Shown here in pieces: positions 1 through 14,454 of a stretch of 64,000 nt of DNA. The notes beneath the pieces were generated by a model, which searched no databases, had not been told where the DNA came from, and was given only the letters and a program-made list of their open reading frames with translations. A program made the translations under genes and the position numbers. The stretch is from Mobula hypostoma (Eukaryota), in contig NC_086109.1 of assembly GCF_963921235.1 (NCBI RefSeq), positions 24,430,001 to 24,494,000 on the forward strand, given 5' to 3'. Numbering within the stretch: the first letter of the stretch is position 1; every line of letters starts with the position of its first letter.

Positions 1-54
1 CAATTTCATTTAGCAAGAAATGTTCTAGTCAGCCAGTACATTGGAACAATCATT

Positions 55-295
55 ATATGATTGGAGGCTGCGTAGCATTCATGCCAGGACCACCAGACTC
101 AATAATAGTTACTTGTACCAACAGTAAGGCTGATCAACACCTCCACCTACTAACCCACCAACCCACCCCACCACCACTAATTTATCATTTCCTGTAGATG
201 CCAGTTATGTACAGACACCCCTGTGCCTAGTGTTACTTTATGTACACAAAATCAATCTATGTATACATAGACTGATACACAATAAGATAAAGAAC

Positions 296-352
<57 letters not shown>

Positions 353-490
353 TTACTATCTTATGTATTTATATTTATTGCGTTTTTTATTACTGTGTTC
401 TTTACCTCATTGTGTTTTCTAGTGTTTTCTGGAGTAACACTCATTACATTCCCCGTTACACTCATGTATTGGGAATTACCTTAAGCAAGA
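55..490 (+). mobile_element. Rex1/Babar-type LINE 3' remnant with (CA)n microsatellite at ~299-345
   Basis: Translates to RLRSIHARTTRLNNSY...VRLIN, like the C-termini of other Rex1-type copies here (e.g. RSLYSRTNRYKNSFF at 20.45 kb), followed by an AT-rich 3' UTR. Confidence 0.6.
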
Positions 491-1170
491 ATTTTTGCAC
501 TAAATAAATAATTCTGCAAATCTTGGTCGGAAGACAACTTGCTTCAAGTGAACTTAAACTTGGACCAATAAATCACAGCCATGCGGAGTTACTGGTGCAT
601 TTCTGCTTCAGCCCAAGTAGAATCAATGATGTATGTAATGCCAGTCGAACATGTTGAATATTGGCATGGATTTTATGGAGTGGGTGCGGATGTTATTAAA
701 TGCTGTGGATGAAGTCACAGGACAGAGGATACCAGAAAACTTGCTATGATATAAGTTAGCAATCTTCACATGTTCTGAGACATTGAGTCTTGGCACAAGC
801 GTTCAGCAAATTTGAGCCAATTATGACCATAAACATTTCCACAGTGTCAGCTCATACCCTTTGCATGATCAGCATTTCATTATGATTTGCTATTATAGCA
901 GAGTACAAGGCTGATGAACGTAGAATTGAAGACACATATGATGTGGAATCTTTCCAACACAGACACCAATAAGTGTAAATGAAAAAGGACTAAACAGCTG
1001 TCAAAGGAGATTTCTGTGAATACATGTGGCAGTTATACACTGATCTTAAATAATAAAAAACAATAAAAATGATGCAAATTACTCAGCAGTCCAGGTTGCA
1101 TCTGTGTAGAGTACGCTGTCAACCTGATGTCCATGGGTCTCTTGGTTAATGGTTGGGGTCCATGGACTAA

Positions 1171-2392
1171 ATGAGGTGTAGTGAGAAGGCTGACAGTGTT
1201 GTTAAGAAGGTGTATGGTGTGTTGGCCTTCATCAATCATGGGATTGAGTTCAAGAGCCGTGAGGTAATGTTACAGCTGTATAAGACCTTAGTTAAATCAC
1301 TTGGAGTACTGCGTTCAGTTCTGGTCACCTCGTACAGGAAGGATGTGGATACTATAGAGAGAGTGCAGAGGAGATTTACAAGGATGTTGCCTGGATTGGA
1401 GAGCATCCCTAATGAGAATAGGTTGAGTGAACTCTGCCTTTTCTCCTTGGAGTGACAGAGGATGAGAGGTGACCTGATAGAGGTGTATAAGATGATGAGT
1501 GGATAGCCAGAGGCATAGATTTAATGCGCTTGGAAGTGGGATGTCAGAGGTAATTTTTTTCACACAGAGAATGGTGGGTATGTGGTATGCACTGTCAGAA
1601 AAGGTGGTAGAGGTGAATAAAATAGGATCTTTTAAGCAACATACATCAAAGTTGCTGGTGAACACAGCAGGCCAAGCAGCATCTGTAGGAAGAGGTGCAG
1701 TCGACGTATCAGGCCAAGACCCTTCGCCAGGACTAACTGAAGGAAGAGTGAGTAAGGGATTTGAAAGTTGGAGGGGGAGGGGGAGATCCAAAATGATAGG
1801 AGAAGACAGGAGGGGGAGGGATAGAGCCGAGAGCTGGACAGGTGATAGGCAAAAGGGGATACGAGAGGATCATGGGACAGGAAGTCCGGGAAGAAAGACA
1901 AGGGGGGGGTGACCCAGAGGATGGGCAAGAGGTATATTCAGAGGGACAGAGGGAGAAAAAGGAGAGTGAGAGAAAGAATGTGTGCATAAAAATGAGTAAC
2001 AGATGGGGTACCAGGGGGAGGTGGGTCCTTAGCGGAAGTTAGAGAAGTCGATGTTCATGCCATCAGGTTGGAGGCTACCCAGACGGAATATAAGGTGTTG
2101 TTCCTCCAACCTGAGTGTGGCTTCATCTTTACAGTAGTGGAGGCTGTGGATAGACATGTCAGAATGGGAATGGGATGTGGAATTAAAATGTGTGGCCACT
2201 GGGAGATCCTGCTTTATAGGATCTTTTAAGAGATGCTTGGATAGGTGCATGGAGCTTAGAAAAATAGAGGGCTATGCGGCAGGGAAATTCTAGGCAGTTT
2301 CTAGAGTAGGTTACATGGTCGGTACAACATTGTGGGCCAAAGGGCCTGTAATGTGCTGTAGATTTCTGTGTTCTGTGTTCTGTGTTCTATGA
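1171..2392 (+). mobile_element. CR1 LINE 3' fragment, split by a PLE insertion
   Basis: VKKVYGVLAFINHGIEFKSREVMLQLYKTLV...IERVQRRFTRMLPG and FFTQRMVGMW motifs; (TTCTGTG)n-type tail at ~2363-2391. Confidence 0.85.
1637..2215 (-). mobile_element. Penelope-like element 3' fragment (GIY-YIG C-terminus plus terminal repeat with degenerate hammerhead at ~1698-1735)
   Basis: QDLPVATHFNSTSHSHSDMSIH...LEEQHLIFRLGSLQPDGMNIDFSNFR is nearly identical to 58499-58729; flanked by a 15-bp direct repeat ATAGGATCTTTTAAG at 1622-1636 and 2216-2230. Confidence 0.9.
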
Positions 2393-3084
2393 GCCAATAT
2401 TTCAGGACTATAGCTTTTCATCAAAAGAAAACAAACTCTGAAAAAAGAAATATGCTTTAAGTTGTAGTAAAACTGAAGAGGTGGAAAAAAAAGAGGGGAA
2501 CTCTGTGATAGGGCGAAGACTGAATAGCACAGCTGGTGGTGATGCTAGCAGACAGCGAATAGACAGAGGATTGTGATGGTTGTTAACTGCAGCCTCAATG
2601 GCAGGAGGTGGTGTAAACAGAAGTACTGAATGAAACTACTGATCTTCAACCGGAAACACCTGAAATCTTGATCTTGTGAGGGTCACTGCTCTCTTCACTG
2701 GCAGAGAACAGAAACATCCCATTTTCAGTCCTGAAACTTTGAACCATGTTCCTAAGGGAAGAAAGGAGTTTCATGAATGCTTGGGGTGAAAAAGAAGACT
2801 TCAGAGTAGAGATTACTGTAATCATAGAGTACATGCTCAAACAGCCGTTTGTTTCAATTGATAAGTATTTGATACAGATGGCAATTCAGGGATAGGGAGA
2901 AATGGGCGGGAGGGTGTAAAATAAATTTAGGACTGATGTATGCCTATTGGGACAGATTAGTAAATTCTAATTGTTCTTAGATAGACACCTTGGTCACCTT
3001 TTGCCCTAATTGGTGCCACAGACATGATGCAGTTAGGTCTACATAAATTCGCAGAGAGGTCGAGAGAGAAAAAAAATGGACAGA

Positions 3085-3600
3085 AGCCTGCAGATGAAGG
3101 AAATTCAAAACAAAACATAAAATAAACTGCTGAAGGAACTTAATGGGAGAGTCAATGTACGTGGTTCGAGAAACAGAGTCAACATTTCCTTCATCAGAAC
3201 TGGAAAAGTAAACTTTAAGATGTGTCAGGAGGCCAAAGACATGGAGGTTAGAGTGGGATTGGAATGGAGAATTAAGTAACTGGAAGCTTAGGTCTCCCTC
3301 ATGGAATGAAAGCAGGTGTTCTGAGAATTGGTCACCCAATTTCTATGCCTCTTCTCTAATGTCGGAGGCAGCCGCACCATGACACCGAATACACCAAGCT
3401 GTGAGAAGTGAAGGTGAATTGCTGCTTCATCTGGAAAGGCTGTTTGGCCCCAGAAGGGAAGAAATAAAAGGTAAAAGTGAGCAAAATTGCCGTGCGTTGA
3501 GTGGAGGAAGGGGAATGGTGAGAGTGAAAGGAGGAAAAATCCTGATTCCCATCTAACTGGATTGAAATTAATTTAAAGAGGATACTTGACCTTCGGTCAC
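3085..3600 (-). mobile_element. Old degenerate PLE fragment
   Basis: GAKQPFQMKQQFTFTSHSLVYSV and GDQFSEHL resemble GPRQSFQVRHHFTCESAGVI and GDRFAERL of the 57-59 kb copy. Confidence 0.6.
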
Positions 3601-5524
3601 ACACTACTGATGTTATCAGAGTGTCGCTTTAACAACAGCCTCCCCTCTTCACAAACAATGAATTTCATGGCACATCGTTTCTCGTCATCACCGTGGGTTA
3701 ATGCTATCTTGCAGGAATTTTATTCAGCTAACTCTGTTGCACTGTGTCTGTGAGGAGAGTGAGCTCCTTGCTTGCAACACTGAGGCTCTGCAGGAGGTGT
3801 GGAGGGAGGGCAAGAAGGTTGCAACCTTAGTTCTAAAAATGGGCGCAGAACAAAAACCTCTCATCACATTTTTCAATTAATTGGTCAGAATGTGGAGTCC
3901 TGGGGTGAGCAATACTTGAAAGCCTGTCGAGAAATGGTTGCTATGATTCTCTACAATCATTTTACAATCATTATTCTTGACAATCATTTAAAAAAAGTGG
4001 TAATTTTTTTTTGACACTCATTAAGGTGAGCCATGTCAATGCAGAGGAATAGATTTTTTTCTTCTGCTTTTTATATCTAATGTCAGAGCCCAGCTTCTTC
4101 TATCTTACTCTTGTGAATTTACTTCCAACCCAACTTCTGAGGAGAACTCCCCTCTGTATCAGTGTCATATCTGCATTCCTGACAAAGTGTCAGCTAAACC
4201 CAGTTCCCTTATTCACTTCAAATCTTGAACACATTATCCACTGCGTACTCAGGAAGTTCTTCACTCTTCAAGTGTTAAAGATCCCACAGAACTATTTGCA
4301 ATCAGGTAAGTCAGTTCTCCGAGTATATTGGCTAATATTCTTTTCTCAACCAAGGCCACTAAAAACTGATTAACTGGTTCCATATGTAATTATTTTTTCT
4401 GGGTACCTTGCAGTAAAACACCGCACTCATCTGTATGATGCCTCATCCACAAACATAAGGTCAATTTTGTCACATTTACTGGCTTTATATCTCAAAGACC
4501 ACTTTATTGTTAGTCTGTTTCTCCAAAATTCAGACTTGTATAACGTATAATTTCCTGTAAGTGCCATATAAAGCTAATGAGTATGTAGGTTTCGACACAG
4601 TTCTTGTAGCAGTGACACAATTTGCCTCCTCGGCCACAGTCAGACCACCCACAATTTTGTATGGGTTTAACTTTCCATACTATTCTAGCCAGAACGGAGC
4701 TTCTGATGACATATCCAGTCTATTGCTTCCAGTTCCAGTACTCTGCTTCCGTTCTTCTAATCTTCAGCTCATCTAAAACTCAGCCAGTCCGTATATTTTT
4801 TCTGCAATCCATGCTTGTTGAAGCTACCCCTGTGCATTAGTTTTCAATGAGGATAAGCCCTTCATTGTAACATCCTGGGTGTATTCTTTTCTTTGATTCA
4901 TCGCTGATGTCTGAACCATTATCCCCTAGAGTACCTACCTACACCCTTCCAGACACCTTAAAAACACCTCATTGGCTAAATATTTGTCACCCATTGAAGT
5001 ATTTTCTTGAGTGCAGCAACAACAGTATAATTGAAGTGCTGACACTCTAATATGTTGCATGCAAAATGATAGGCTGCATATGAAGCAATTTGGAATGTTA
5101 AGCAGACATGTGACAAAAGTAAGTCTCTGTTTTTCTCCTTGTAGCCTCAATTAGTGTGATTACCAACTTAACCAATTAGTCCCAAATAATGAGCAGTTTC
5201 AAGCTGTGGATCACGAGCCGAGTTGAAATTTCCCAAAAGCATCTCACTTGGGACTCACGCTGTTGAGTAAGAGAACAGCATCTTTCATTCCAGCCATTTG
5301 GCTTATATTCAACTCAGGTTCCAGAGCTGAAACTGCAAAGTAATGATGATTACGTCATGCAGTCCTTAACTACACATTACAGAAATCTTATAGCACAAAG
5401 AATTGCTCAATTTCAGGAATTGTAATTAGCCAACTGACTACTGAACCTAATTGTGAGACAGTGGCACAGTTAGAAGCACTTTGCAAGCTAATATTTAGTT
5501 TAGCTTTCTGTTCAGCCTGTGTTA

Positions 5525-5639
5525 CAGGGGTGGCCAACCTTTTACATTCCATGCGTCAATTTTTTCACACACGAGTTCTATATTAACATATTTTTCCAAG
5601 AATTGAATGGGGGTACAAGAGTTGTACGGCGCATTTGAA
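5525..5639. mobile_element. Truncated copy of hAT-type MITE
   Basis: CAGGGGTGGCCAACCTTTTACATTCCATGCGTCAAT... matches the element at 15762-15952; right TIR is missing. Confidence 0.75.
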
Positions 5640-6429
5640 GTATTATTATATTAATGCAGTATCTCCATAAAAATATCCCTGACATTAAATGTACCCATTG
5701 AAACCTATTAAAGTAATTTGGTTCAAAATAAACATTACCTGCTAAAACAACACAAAAATACACTGGAGCTTCTCAACAGGTCAGACTGGAAAGAAATAGA
5801 CAGTTGACTTTTCAGTTGAGAACTTTCGCTGGACACTTCTGAACCCAGATATTGACTGTCTGCTTCCCTCCACAGATGCCTGCCTGACCTGCTGAGTTCC
5901 TCCAGCAATTTGTGTGCTTTGCCAGATTCTACTAACTACAGTCTCTCGTGTCTCACTAGGACCTAGGTTTGCTCGGTGCACGGTGTAGTTATGGTGGAGA
6001 ATTATATCCTGTATCTCAAATCCAACACTAACAGAATTAGGGATGAAAGTCCTTGGTCAGGGGATAGTTTTGGCAAAGAATGTTTCGTCAGAAGGCTTGG
6101 TTAAAGCAGACATCACTGGATATTTTAGAAGAAAAATTGAAAGGTATTATACATGAAGGAGGGGAAAGTAGAATATGGGTAAAGTAAGACAAAGAAATTA
6201 CATTGGATTTTTTTAAACAAGGAGTCCATTCTACAGACCCTTCATATGAACAGGATACTGGTGCAGCTAGTAGTGCTACTACCTCAGAGCTCCAGGGACA
6301 TTAGTTCCAGGACATCAGGTACTGCTGTGTACTTCGCTTCACAGAAACATGACTCATCCCCACCATTTTGGATGCAGCACTGCAGCCAGTTGTCTTCAGC
6401 ATTCTTTGCAAAGGAAGGAGAACTAAATC

Positions 6430-8580
6430 TTTAAAAGTTAGAGGAGGTGAAGTACACTTTATGATGAATTACTCATGGTGCACAAACATGGCGGTTCTGT
6501 CGCAACCTTGTTCACCCATCCTGCAACATCTAGTCGCCGAGTGACATCCATCTTATCTGCTGAGAGAGATGTCCACCATCATACTGGTCACAATGCACCT
6601 TGTACTCCTGGCTAAAGTAAGACAGGTGCTGGAGGAGCTAAGCGCCATGATCAACAGTCATAAAACAGCACACCCGGATACCTTCCCTATCATTGCGGGG
6701 GATTTCAACCAGGCCAGCTTGAAGAAGTTTCTGAACAACTACCACCAGCACATTATCTGTGGAACCAGAGGAGCCAGCACACTTGACCACTGTTATACCA
6801 TCATCAAGAATGTTTACTGTGCCATCCACACCAACAATTTGGAACGTCCAATTGCCTGGCTGTACTACTACTCCTGGTGTATAGGTAGAGACTAAAGACT
6901 ACAGCACCAGTGGTGAAGACCAAGAGGGTATGGTTAAGGGAGGTGAAAGAGCGCTTACAGGACAGTTTTGATTTGGTGGACCGGACAATATTCATGGATT
7001 CATCTTCAAATCTGAATGAATATGCCACAGTTGTCATTGATTTCATGAAGACTTGTGTGGATAAATGGGTGCCTTCAAGAACATACTGGACATACTCAAA
7101 CCAAAAATCTATGGATGAACCAGTCTGCTGAGGGCTAGATCCGTGGCATTCAAGACTGATGAGGCTGGCATCTGAACGTCTTTCAAGAGGGTGAACCCTT
7201 GCAAGGCTTCAGGTCCTGATGGTGTACCTGCTAGGATGCTGAAAACACGTGCCAACCAAATGGTGGAATTTTCAAGGACATCTTCAATCACTTACTGCTG
7301 CAGTTGAAAGTTCCCAGCTGCTTCAAAAGGGCAACAAGCATACCAGGGTCCAAGAAGATCAGGGTGAGCTGCTTCAATGACTATCACTGTGTGCACTCAC
7401 ATCTGCTGTGATGCAGTGTTTAGAGAGTTTGGTCGTGGCCAGAATCACTGGGCTCACTGCAGTTTGCCTATCATCACAATAGGTCTACAGCAGATGCAAC
7501 CTCATTGGTTCTTCATTCAGCCTTGGTTCACCTGAACAATAGCAATACATATGCCAGGCTGCTGTTTATTGAATACAGCACAGCATTCAGTTCTAATCAA
7601 CTAACTCCAAAAGCCGAGCCTCTATACCTCCCTCTGGCACTGAATCCTTGACTTCCTCTCCAGGAGACAGTCAGTGTGGATTGGAAGTAACATCTCCTCC
7701 TTGCTGACAATCAGCACTGGCACCCCAGAAGAATGTGTGCTTTGCCCAGTGCTCTACTCTACCTACGCAGATGACCACGTGGCTAGGCAGAGCTCAAACA
7801 CCGTCTATAAATTTGCCAATGGCACAAGTACTGTTGGTAGAATTTCAGATGGTGACAAGGAGGCATACAGAAGCAAGATAGATCAGCTGGTTGAGTGGTG
7901 TCACAATAATAACATTGCACTCAACATCAGTAAGACCAAGGAATTGATTGTGGACATCAGGAAGGGGAAGTCAAGGGAACACACACCAATATTCTTTGAG
8001 GGATCGGCAGTGGAAAGTGTGAGCAGTTTCAAGTTAGTGGGTGTCAACATCCAGGAAGGTCTTTGCTGGGCAGAACATATTGATGCAATTACAAAGAAGG
8101 CACAACAGTGGCTATATTTCATTAGGAATTTGAGGAAAACTGGTTTGTCACCAAAGACTCTCGCAAATTTTTACAGATGTACTGTGGAGAGCTTTCTAAC
8201 AGGTTGCATCACCATCTAGTACAGAGGGGCCACTGCCCAGTTTCGGAAAAAGTAGCAGAAAGTTGTAAACTCAGTCAGCTCCATCTTGGGCATGAACCTC
8301 CCCAGCATTGAGGGCTCTTTCAAAAGATGAGGCCTCAAAAGGACCCCCATCACCCAGGTATGTCCTCTTCTCATTAAGGAGGTGGTACAAGCCTGAAGAC
8401 ATACAAGCACCATTTCATGAACAGGGTCTTCTCCTCTGTCACATTTCTGAATGGGCAATGAACCCATATACACGACCTCACTTTTTTTCTCTTTCTTTTG
8501 CTCTCTTCTGGTACTATTCATTTAATTTCATTTTAATATATATTATTGAAATTTATATTTTTATTATGTCTTGCAATGTA
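6430..8580 (+). mobile_element. Degenerate Rex1/Babar LINE (APE endonuclease plus RT, frameshifted)
   Basis: IIAGDFNQASLKK, TRGASTLDHCY, ISTGTP.ECVL.PVLYS, LNISKTKELIVD, ITKKAQQWLYFIRNL motifs across several short ORFs. Confidence 0.85.
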
Positions 8581-8969
8581 CTGTGGGGTTGTAATGGATT
8601 CCTCCCACATCCTAAAAATCTATTGGTAGTTTAATCAACTACTGAAAATTGTGACTTAGTGAAAATTTGCTTAGGAGAGAATAAATTACATGGGTTCCGG
8701 GAAATAAAGAGATGGAGAATAGGATAATACATTGGATTGCTCTACTGGAAAGTGTAATGAATTTAATGGGCCAATGGCCTTTCATCAATGATGTTGCATC
8801 AAAATGAAAGCATCAGTGTTGAAAATAATTTTCAATGATATTTTGAATGTTAATGATTAAATTTCCCTCCATTAATTTAATAGCACAGCTAGCAAAATTA
8901 CAATAATTAATGATGCGTGAATGTTCATTAGCAAGCCAATGCACTAATCAGCTTTCAATAGATCAATCC

Positions 8970-9860
8970 TACTTTGCAAACGACACAAAGGTTGGTGGTG
9001 TTGTGGATAGTGTAGAGGGTTGGCGTGGGTTACAATGGGATATTGATAGGATGTACAGCTAAACTGAGAATTGGCAGACAGAGCCCAGTCTGGGAAAATG
9101 TGAATAATACACTTTGGAAGGTCAAACTTGAAGGAAGAGTACAAGGTTAATGTCAGGTTTCTCAGCAGAGTGATGGAACAGAGGGACCTTTGGGTCCACA
9201 TCCATAGATCCCTCAAAGTTGGCACTCAAGTTGATAGGGCGGTTAGAAGGTGTATGGTGTGTTGGCCTTCATCATTCCAGGGATTGAGTTCAAGAGCCAT
9301 GAGATAATGATATATCTCTATAAAACTCTGGTTAGACCACAACTGGGACATCGTGTTCCTTTTTGGTCGTCTCATTATAGGAAGGATTTATAAGCTTTTG
9401 AGCAGGTGCATAGGATATTTGCCGGGATGCTGCCTGGGTTAGAAAGCCCTTCTTATGAGGATAGATTGATTGAGCAAGGGCTTTTCTCTTTGGAGTGAAA
9501 GTGTGTCTCGATAGAGGTGTACGATTGACAGAGTGGAGAGCAAACAACTTTTTCCTGAAAATGGCAATGACGAATACAAGAGAACACAATTTTAAGATGA
9601 TGGGAGGAAATTATTGGGGGAATTGTCAGAAGTAGACTTTTTATACACTAAGAGTGGTGTTTGCATATAATGCTGTGCTGGGGGTGACAATAGAGTCAGA
9701 TACATTCAGGGCATTGTCCAGACTCTTATATAAACATATAGATGAAAGAAAACTGGAGGACCAAGTGGGAGGGAAGGGTTATATTGACCTTGCATTCGAT
9801 TAAATGGTTGGAGAACATCATGGGCCCAAAAGCCTACACTGTGTTATGTTGTTCTATATT
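8970..9860 (+). mobile_element. Degenerate CR1 LINE 3' fragment
   Basis: FA[N]DTKVGG...QRDLWVHIH...VYGVLAFI segment homologous to the 779-aa CR1 ORF, with indels. Confidence 0.75.
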
Positions 9861-10724
9861 CTGTTTAACCAAATTCTTCACAGAACCCTCAACCCACCTA
9901 TCTAACTTCTCAGCCTGAGATTCAAACTCTTCTACCCATGTTCACATCTTATCTGTCAACTCTTCTTTCTCATCCTTGCTTCCTTAATACCAGCTATCCA
10001 ATGATCCATCTTTTCAGTATGTTTCTCAACTCCCAGCGTACACTCCAAACTTTTGACAAAAAAGCCTTACTCTCTCTTATGATGCATAAAGAGGGGGCCA
10101 CCTTCATTTCTCTGTATTCCTACTGCTTTCACCAGCCTGTATATTTTGACTTCCAGTGATGGAGAAAATGTTCCTGATATTTTTGTCATGTAATTTGACC
10201 AGAAATTATTTCAGGATGAATTTCACTGACTGACATAGAGGAATCCCACAGCATATTAGAAATCAGGTAATATATTCCTAGCAGTGAATTATAAAAGAGA
10301 TAGCTTAATCTAGCGTTTCTACCTTGTCAAAGCAGAAACGTTAATTATTCCCTTAAAATCTTTGCCAGGCATTTATTATTTTACAAAGTTTAAAAAAAAA
10401 TCTGAAATCTTCCTATTGTTCAAGTGACTGCAGGAAAGAGACATGAGTGGCTGAAGGGTGGTGATGTGTTTTGGCTGAAGAGGTGAAATTCTTATATTCT
10501 CTCTCACCATCAAGTAGCCAAGACTGGAAACACATTGAATACTTCAAAATCTAGTCTGTTAGAATGTAGAATCTAAGTGAAGTTATGATGCATATCAACC
10601 AAGATCTGATTAAACTGTAGATCCAAGTCAATAGGCTCAGTAGGTTACTTTTGTTCTGCTCCTTTGTGGATTCATGTGAGCTGTAATTGCACAGCTCGTG
10701 AGCTTTTATAAAATGTTATTTATT

Positions 10725-10997
10725 ATTATTTAGAGATTCAGAGCAGAATAGGCTCTTTTGGGTGTTCGAGCTGCGCCACCCGACAATTTACCTAGTCTAA
10801 TCACAGAACAATTTACAACGACTGATTAAACTACCAACCGGTATGTCTTTGGACTGTGGGAGGAAATCAGAGCACTTGGGGGAAACCCACATGCATGCAG
10901 GAAGGATTGTTCAAACCTGCTTACAGAGTATAGCGGAATTGACCAAACTGCGACGCCCAAGTTGTAATAACATCGCACTAACCACGACGTTGCTGAG
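10725..10997 (-). mobile_element. SINE, V-SINE/HE1-like
   Basis: Central TGTGGGAGGAAATCAGAGCACTTGGGGGAAACCCACATGCA resembles the antisense V-domain; (TTA)n tail to the left. Confidence 0.55.
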
Positions 10998-11218
10998 CCC
11001 CTTCCCCCTTAATTTAAATTATCTTCTATAATTTATAGTTTATATAAATAGTAATGCTGATATTTGAAAACTTGATAGCAGACTTTAGTAATAATACTCT
11101 CTGATAAAATATACAAGGTAGCTATATCGTTATGATACTCCATCCTCAGTATCAGGGATTCTACATTGCAAAGCATATCAAGAGCTTTAATTACTTCATT
11201 TCTAACACAACTATGGGT

Positions 11219-11545
11219 ATACACTCATTAGTGACCACTTTATTAGTTACCTCCTGTACCTCATAACGTGGCTACTGAATGTGCGTTGGTAGCCTTATGC
11301 TGCTGTAGACCATCCACTTCAAGGTTTCACGTGATGAGCATTCAGAGATGCTCATCCACTGGAAGCCTTTTTCCTGTTTTTCACATCATTCTCTATAAAC
11401 TTTAGGGACTGTTGTGCGTGAAACCTCCTGGGGATCGGTAGTATCTGAGATAGTGAAACCATCCCGTCTGGCACCAACAATTATTCCATAGTCAAAGTCA
11501 CTTAGATCATATTCCTTCCCCATGCTGATGTTTGGTCTGAAACTC
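11219..11545. mobile_element. Tc1/mariner-like remnant with collapsed terminal inverted repeats
   Basis: Imperfect palindrome AGTGACCACTTTATTAG.TAC...GTACCTCATAACGTGGCTACT at ~11230-11276, followed by Tc1-like internal sequence. Confidence 0.45.
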
Positions 11546-14454
11546 TTCACTGTTCGAGAACATTATGGGGTAGAAATATGATGCCTGAATTTCTGGTGTA
11601 TAATCGCTGTAAAACAGTGCATTGTAGCAGTGTATGTCCTTTTTGCATAGGCTGTTAACTTCATGTGCTCCTTATCTTAGGCAATCTGATGGTTGCAAAA
11701 AATATTTTATAAAATGTTCCCTATAAGCAGAGCAAATATTAGCCTTGTCTAAAGGTAAATGAAAAATATATTTTTTTAATAGAACATAAAGAAATATGAA
11801 AGAGAGTCAAGAAGAGCAGGCCTCAAGGTTTCCACCCCAAGGTGACTCTTTATATACCCTCCAAACCCCAACCCCAATCTGTGCCACCATCATGATCTCC
11901 TGATGTAAATGGCTAATGGACTTTCAGTTGGATGGAGAAGCAGTATAAAAGCATTTGCACCTATCAGATCCGATTACTGTGGCATTTCAAATATGTTTCA
12001 GCCTCATTCTACCCTTTCTTGAAGAAAAGCCTGAAATAAACCTCCTGCCTCCTAAAATGGTCCAGTTTGACTTTGACAGCCATAAATTTTCCTCAGTTTT
12101 GAATATGCCGGCCCATTGCATGAGTATTAACAATCTGAGTCGACAAAGTTTGTGGTCAGATGTTCACACTTTTGCTGTTTACAATCTAAAAGATACTGGG
12201 CTTTTAGACAGCAGACAATAACTTCAAGTGGTGAATGTTTGTTGAGAAAATAACGTGAAATAATCCTTTGAGATAGCTGCCTTACATTAATGATTCGGGG
12301 TTGAGGTTTGATGTTCTTGCTGTTTGCATGGTTTGTTTCACTGCGGGGTGGGGGGAGTGTTTGATGATCGTGTTGTCATTTGTGTGATTTTTTTTGCATG
12401 AGGGCGTTGATGATCATTTGCTGTTTGCAAGATTTGTTTTTTTTTGTGCAGGGGGTTTTTTTTTTGAATGACTTCCACAGTCTTTGTTTCTTGGTTATCT
12501 GGAAAAAATGAATCTCAGAGTTGCATACTGCATACATACTTTGATAATAAATGAAACTTTGAACCTTTGAACCTTTTTCTGTGTAGGTAAATATAGAGTC
12601 CGCTGGGTTCTGAGTTCTGCTCTCATCTCCGATTTGGAAACTGATTTAGGGTGGAACTGATGAGGGTCAGTGCTAAAGCATTGCTGTTCTGTTGGAGGGG
12701 CAATACCATCAGGTCTTGACTGAGACCAAATTTTCATATTACGGTTTAATTAAAGTCACTCATAACACTTTGAAAAAGAGATGGGAAGGTTTTGTCATGT
12801 CCAGATCAATAGTCATCCCTGAATCATTAAATTTATACAGCCTTTTGGATTACTCACCTTGCTTACTATTGATGAGTTATAGGAATTACTATCATAAAAT
12901 ATAAGCCCACTGCGTATGTCATAACACTTTAAAATAAATTACTTTTAATATCTAATTCATTGACTATGTTCAAGGTTTCTCATAGCCAATGAATTACAAT
13001 TTTGGTTATGCATTGACTCTGAAACATCGTTAATAATCTATTAGAAAAAGTATACAGAACTGCAAACCCTTTTTCCTCAGCCCTACAATATAGAAAGTAG
13101 TCTTTCAATTGGAATATTATAACCAATATAAACTGAGGCTTAAGATACACACACAGCTTATCTTATTAAGAGCATAACAGCATTGGCAGTCCATGTGAAA
13201 GTCACATGAAACCCATTACAAACTGCACTTTGTCTCACAAATCACGTCACAGTGTGCATGTTCCATTGGATTGCCAAGACCATGAGATAAAGCTTCAGAA
13301 CATCAAATGCTTAGACGTGTTCAAATATACACACCAGTCCAAAAATTGTTGTACACACTGGGTCAAAACGACCAATGGCTGCTACGATACTGATTGTGTG
13401 GCAGATTTGTGCTACACACAGAAAAGAACAATTTATTCATACTGGTACAGTATGGATCATATATGTCCAAATTATAAATCAAGTGGTGTAACAATGCATG
13501 CAAAGTGAGACATTAAAAATTCCTCTGCTCTGCTGAAGCTTAATTCCTATGCACCCTAGTGCCAAAGTTTCAACACTTTTCCGTTTGTAGACGTCTATTA
13601 ACCTGCCCCTTTGGTATAGCACTGCCCACCAACAAAAAGAATGCTGGAAAAACACAATCCACTTTTCATATCATGGGAGCTCCTGCCTGACGAAAGTAAA
13701 TTTTACTCAAGACCTCGAACCCAGCACAAATCTTGCTAACTATTGGCCAGTGATGATCCCTTCCGTTTTGCCCAATAAATGATTACGTGCAGCAGACATT
13801 CCAAAACACTTACTGATGAGATAACACTAATGTCCACAAAATCTTCCAATTCACTGATTGTATTTGGATTAAATTAGATTAAGACTTATTTATCACATGT
13901 ACATTGAAATATACGACGGAATGTGTCATTTGCATTAACGAACAACACACTGCAGCACGTGTTGGAGCTGGTACTCAAGCGTTGCCACACGTTCTGGCGC
14001 CAACGTAGAACGATCACCATGTTCAGCAGAACAACACAGAGCACAACAAAACAGAATATACTGAACAACTGCGAAACAAGCCCCGTTCTGCCCCCTTCCT
14101 GTCCTCCCATCCACATAGACGTAAACATTCCTCTAACCCCAGTTAGAGGGTAGCAATATCAGTATCTCCTTCAAGTCAACCTCTCCAACAATGACATTGG
14201 AATTGCAGTCGGCTGACTCTTCTAGATGCACCACATTGTTGGCCAGTCTGATACCAGACACTGTAACCCAAGCATCTTCATGGCATGTTTTTGAGGCCTT
14301 CTTGAAAGGAGTGCAACATCCCCGCCAACAGGTGCGAATTCCTGACCCATGGCAGTTCATCATAGAGACGGGCACTAAGAACTTCAACTTCACTGGGAAA
14401 AGAAATCCAAGGAAAACAGTAGGCTAACCACCAAACATTTCATCGACCATCTTT

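Noticed and set aside
612..749. Protein-like short frames (QVESMMYVMPVEHVEYWHGFYGVG; MDFMEWVRMLLNAVDEVTG)
   Set aside because: No recognisable homology, short, and weak splice context.
1315..1912. Recurrent peptide KLLVNAAGQAASLGRGAVDVSGRDPSSGLTEG as a small-protein family
   Set aside because: It is the antisense translation of the PLE terminal repeat and hammerhead, fused to a different flank at each site.
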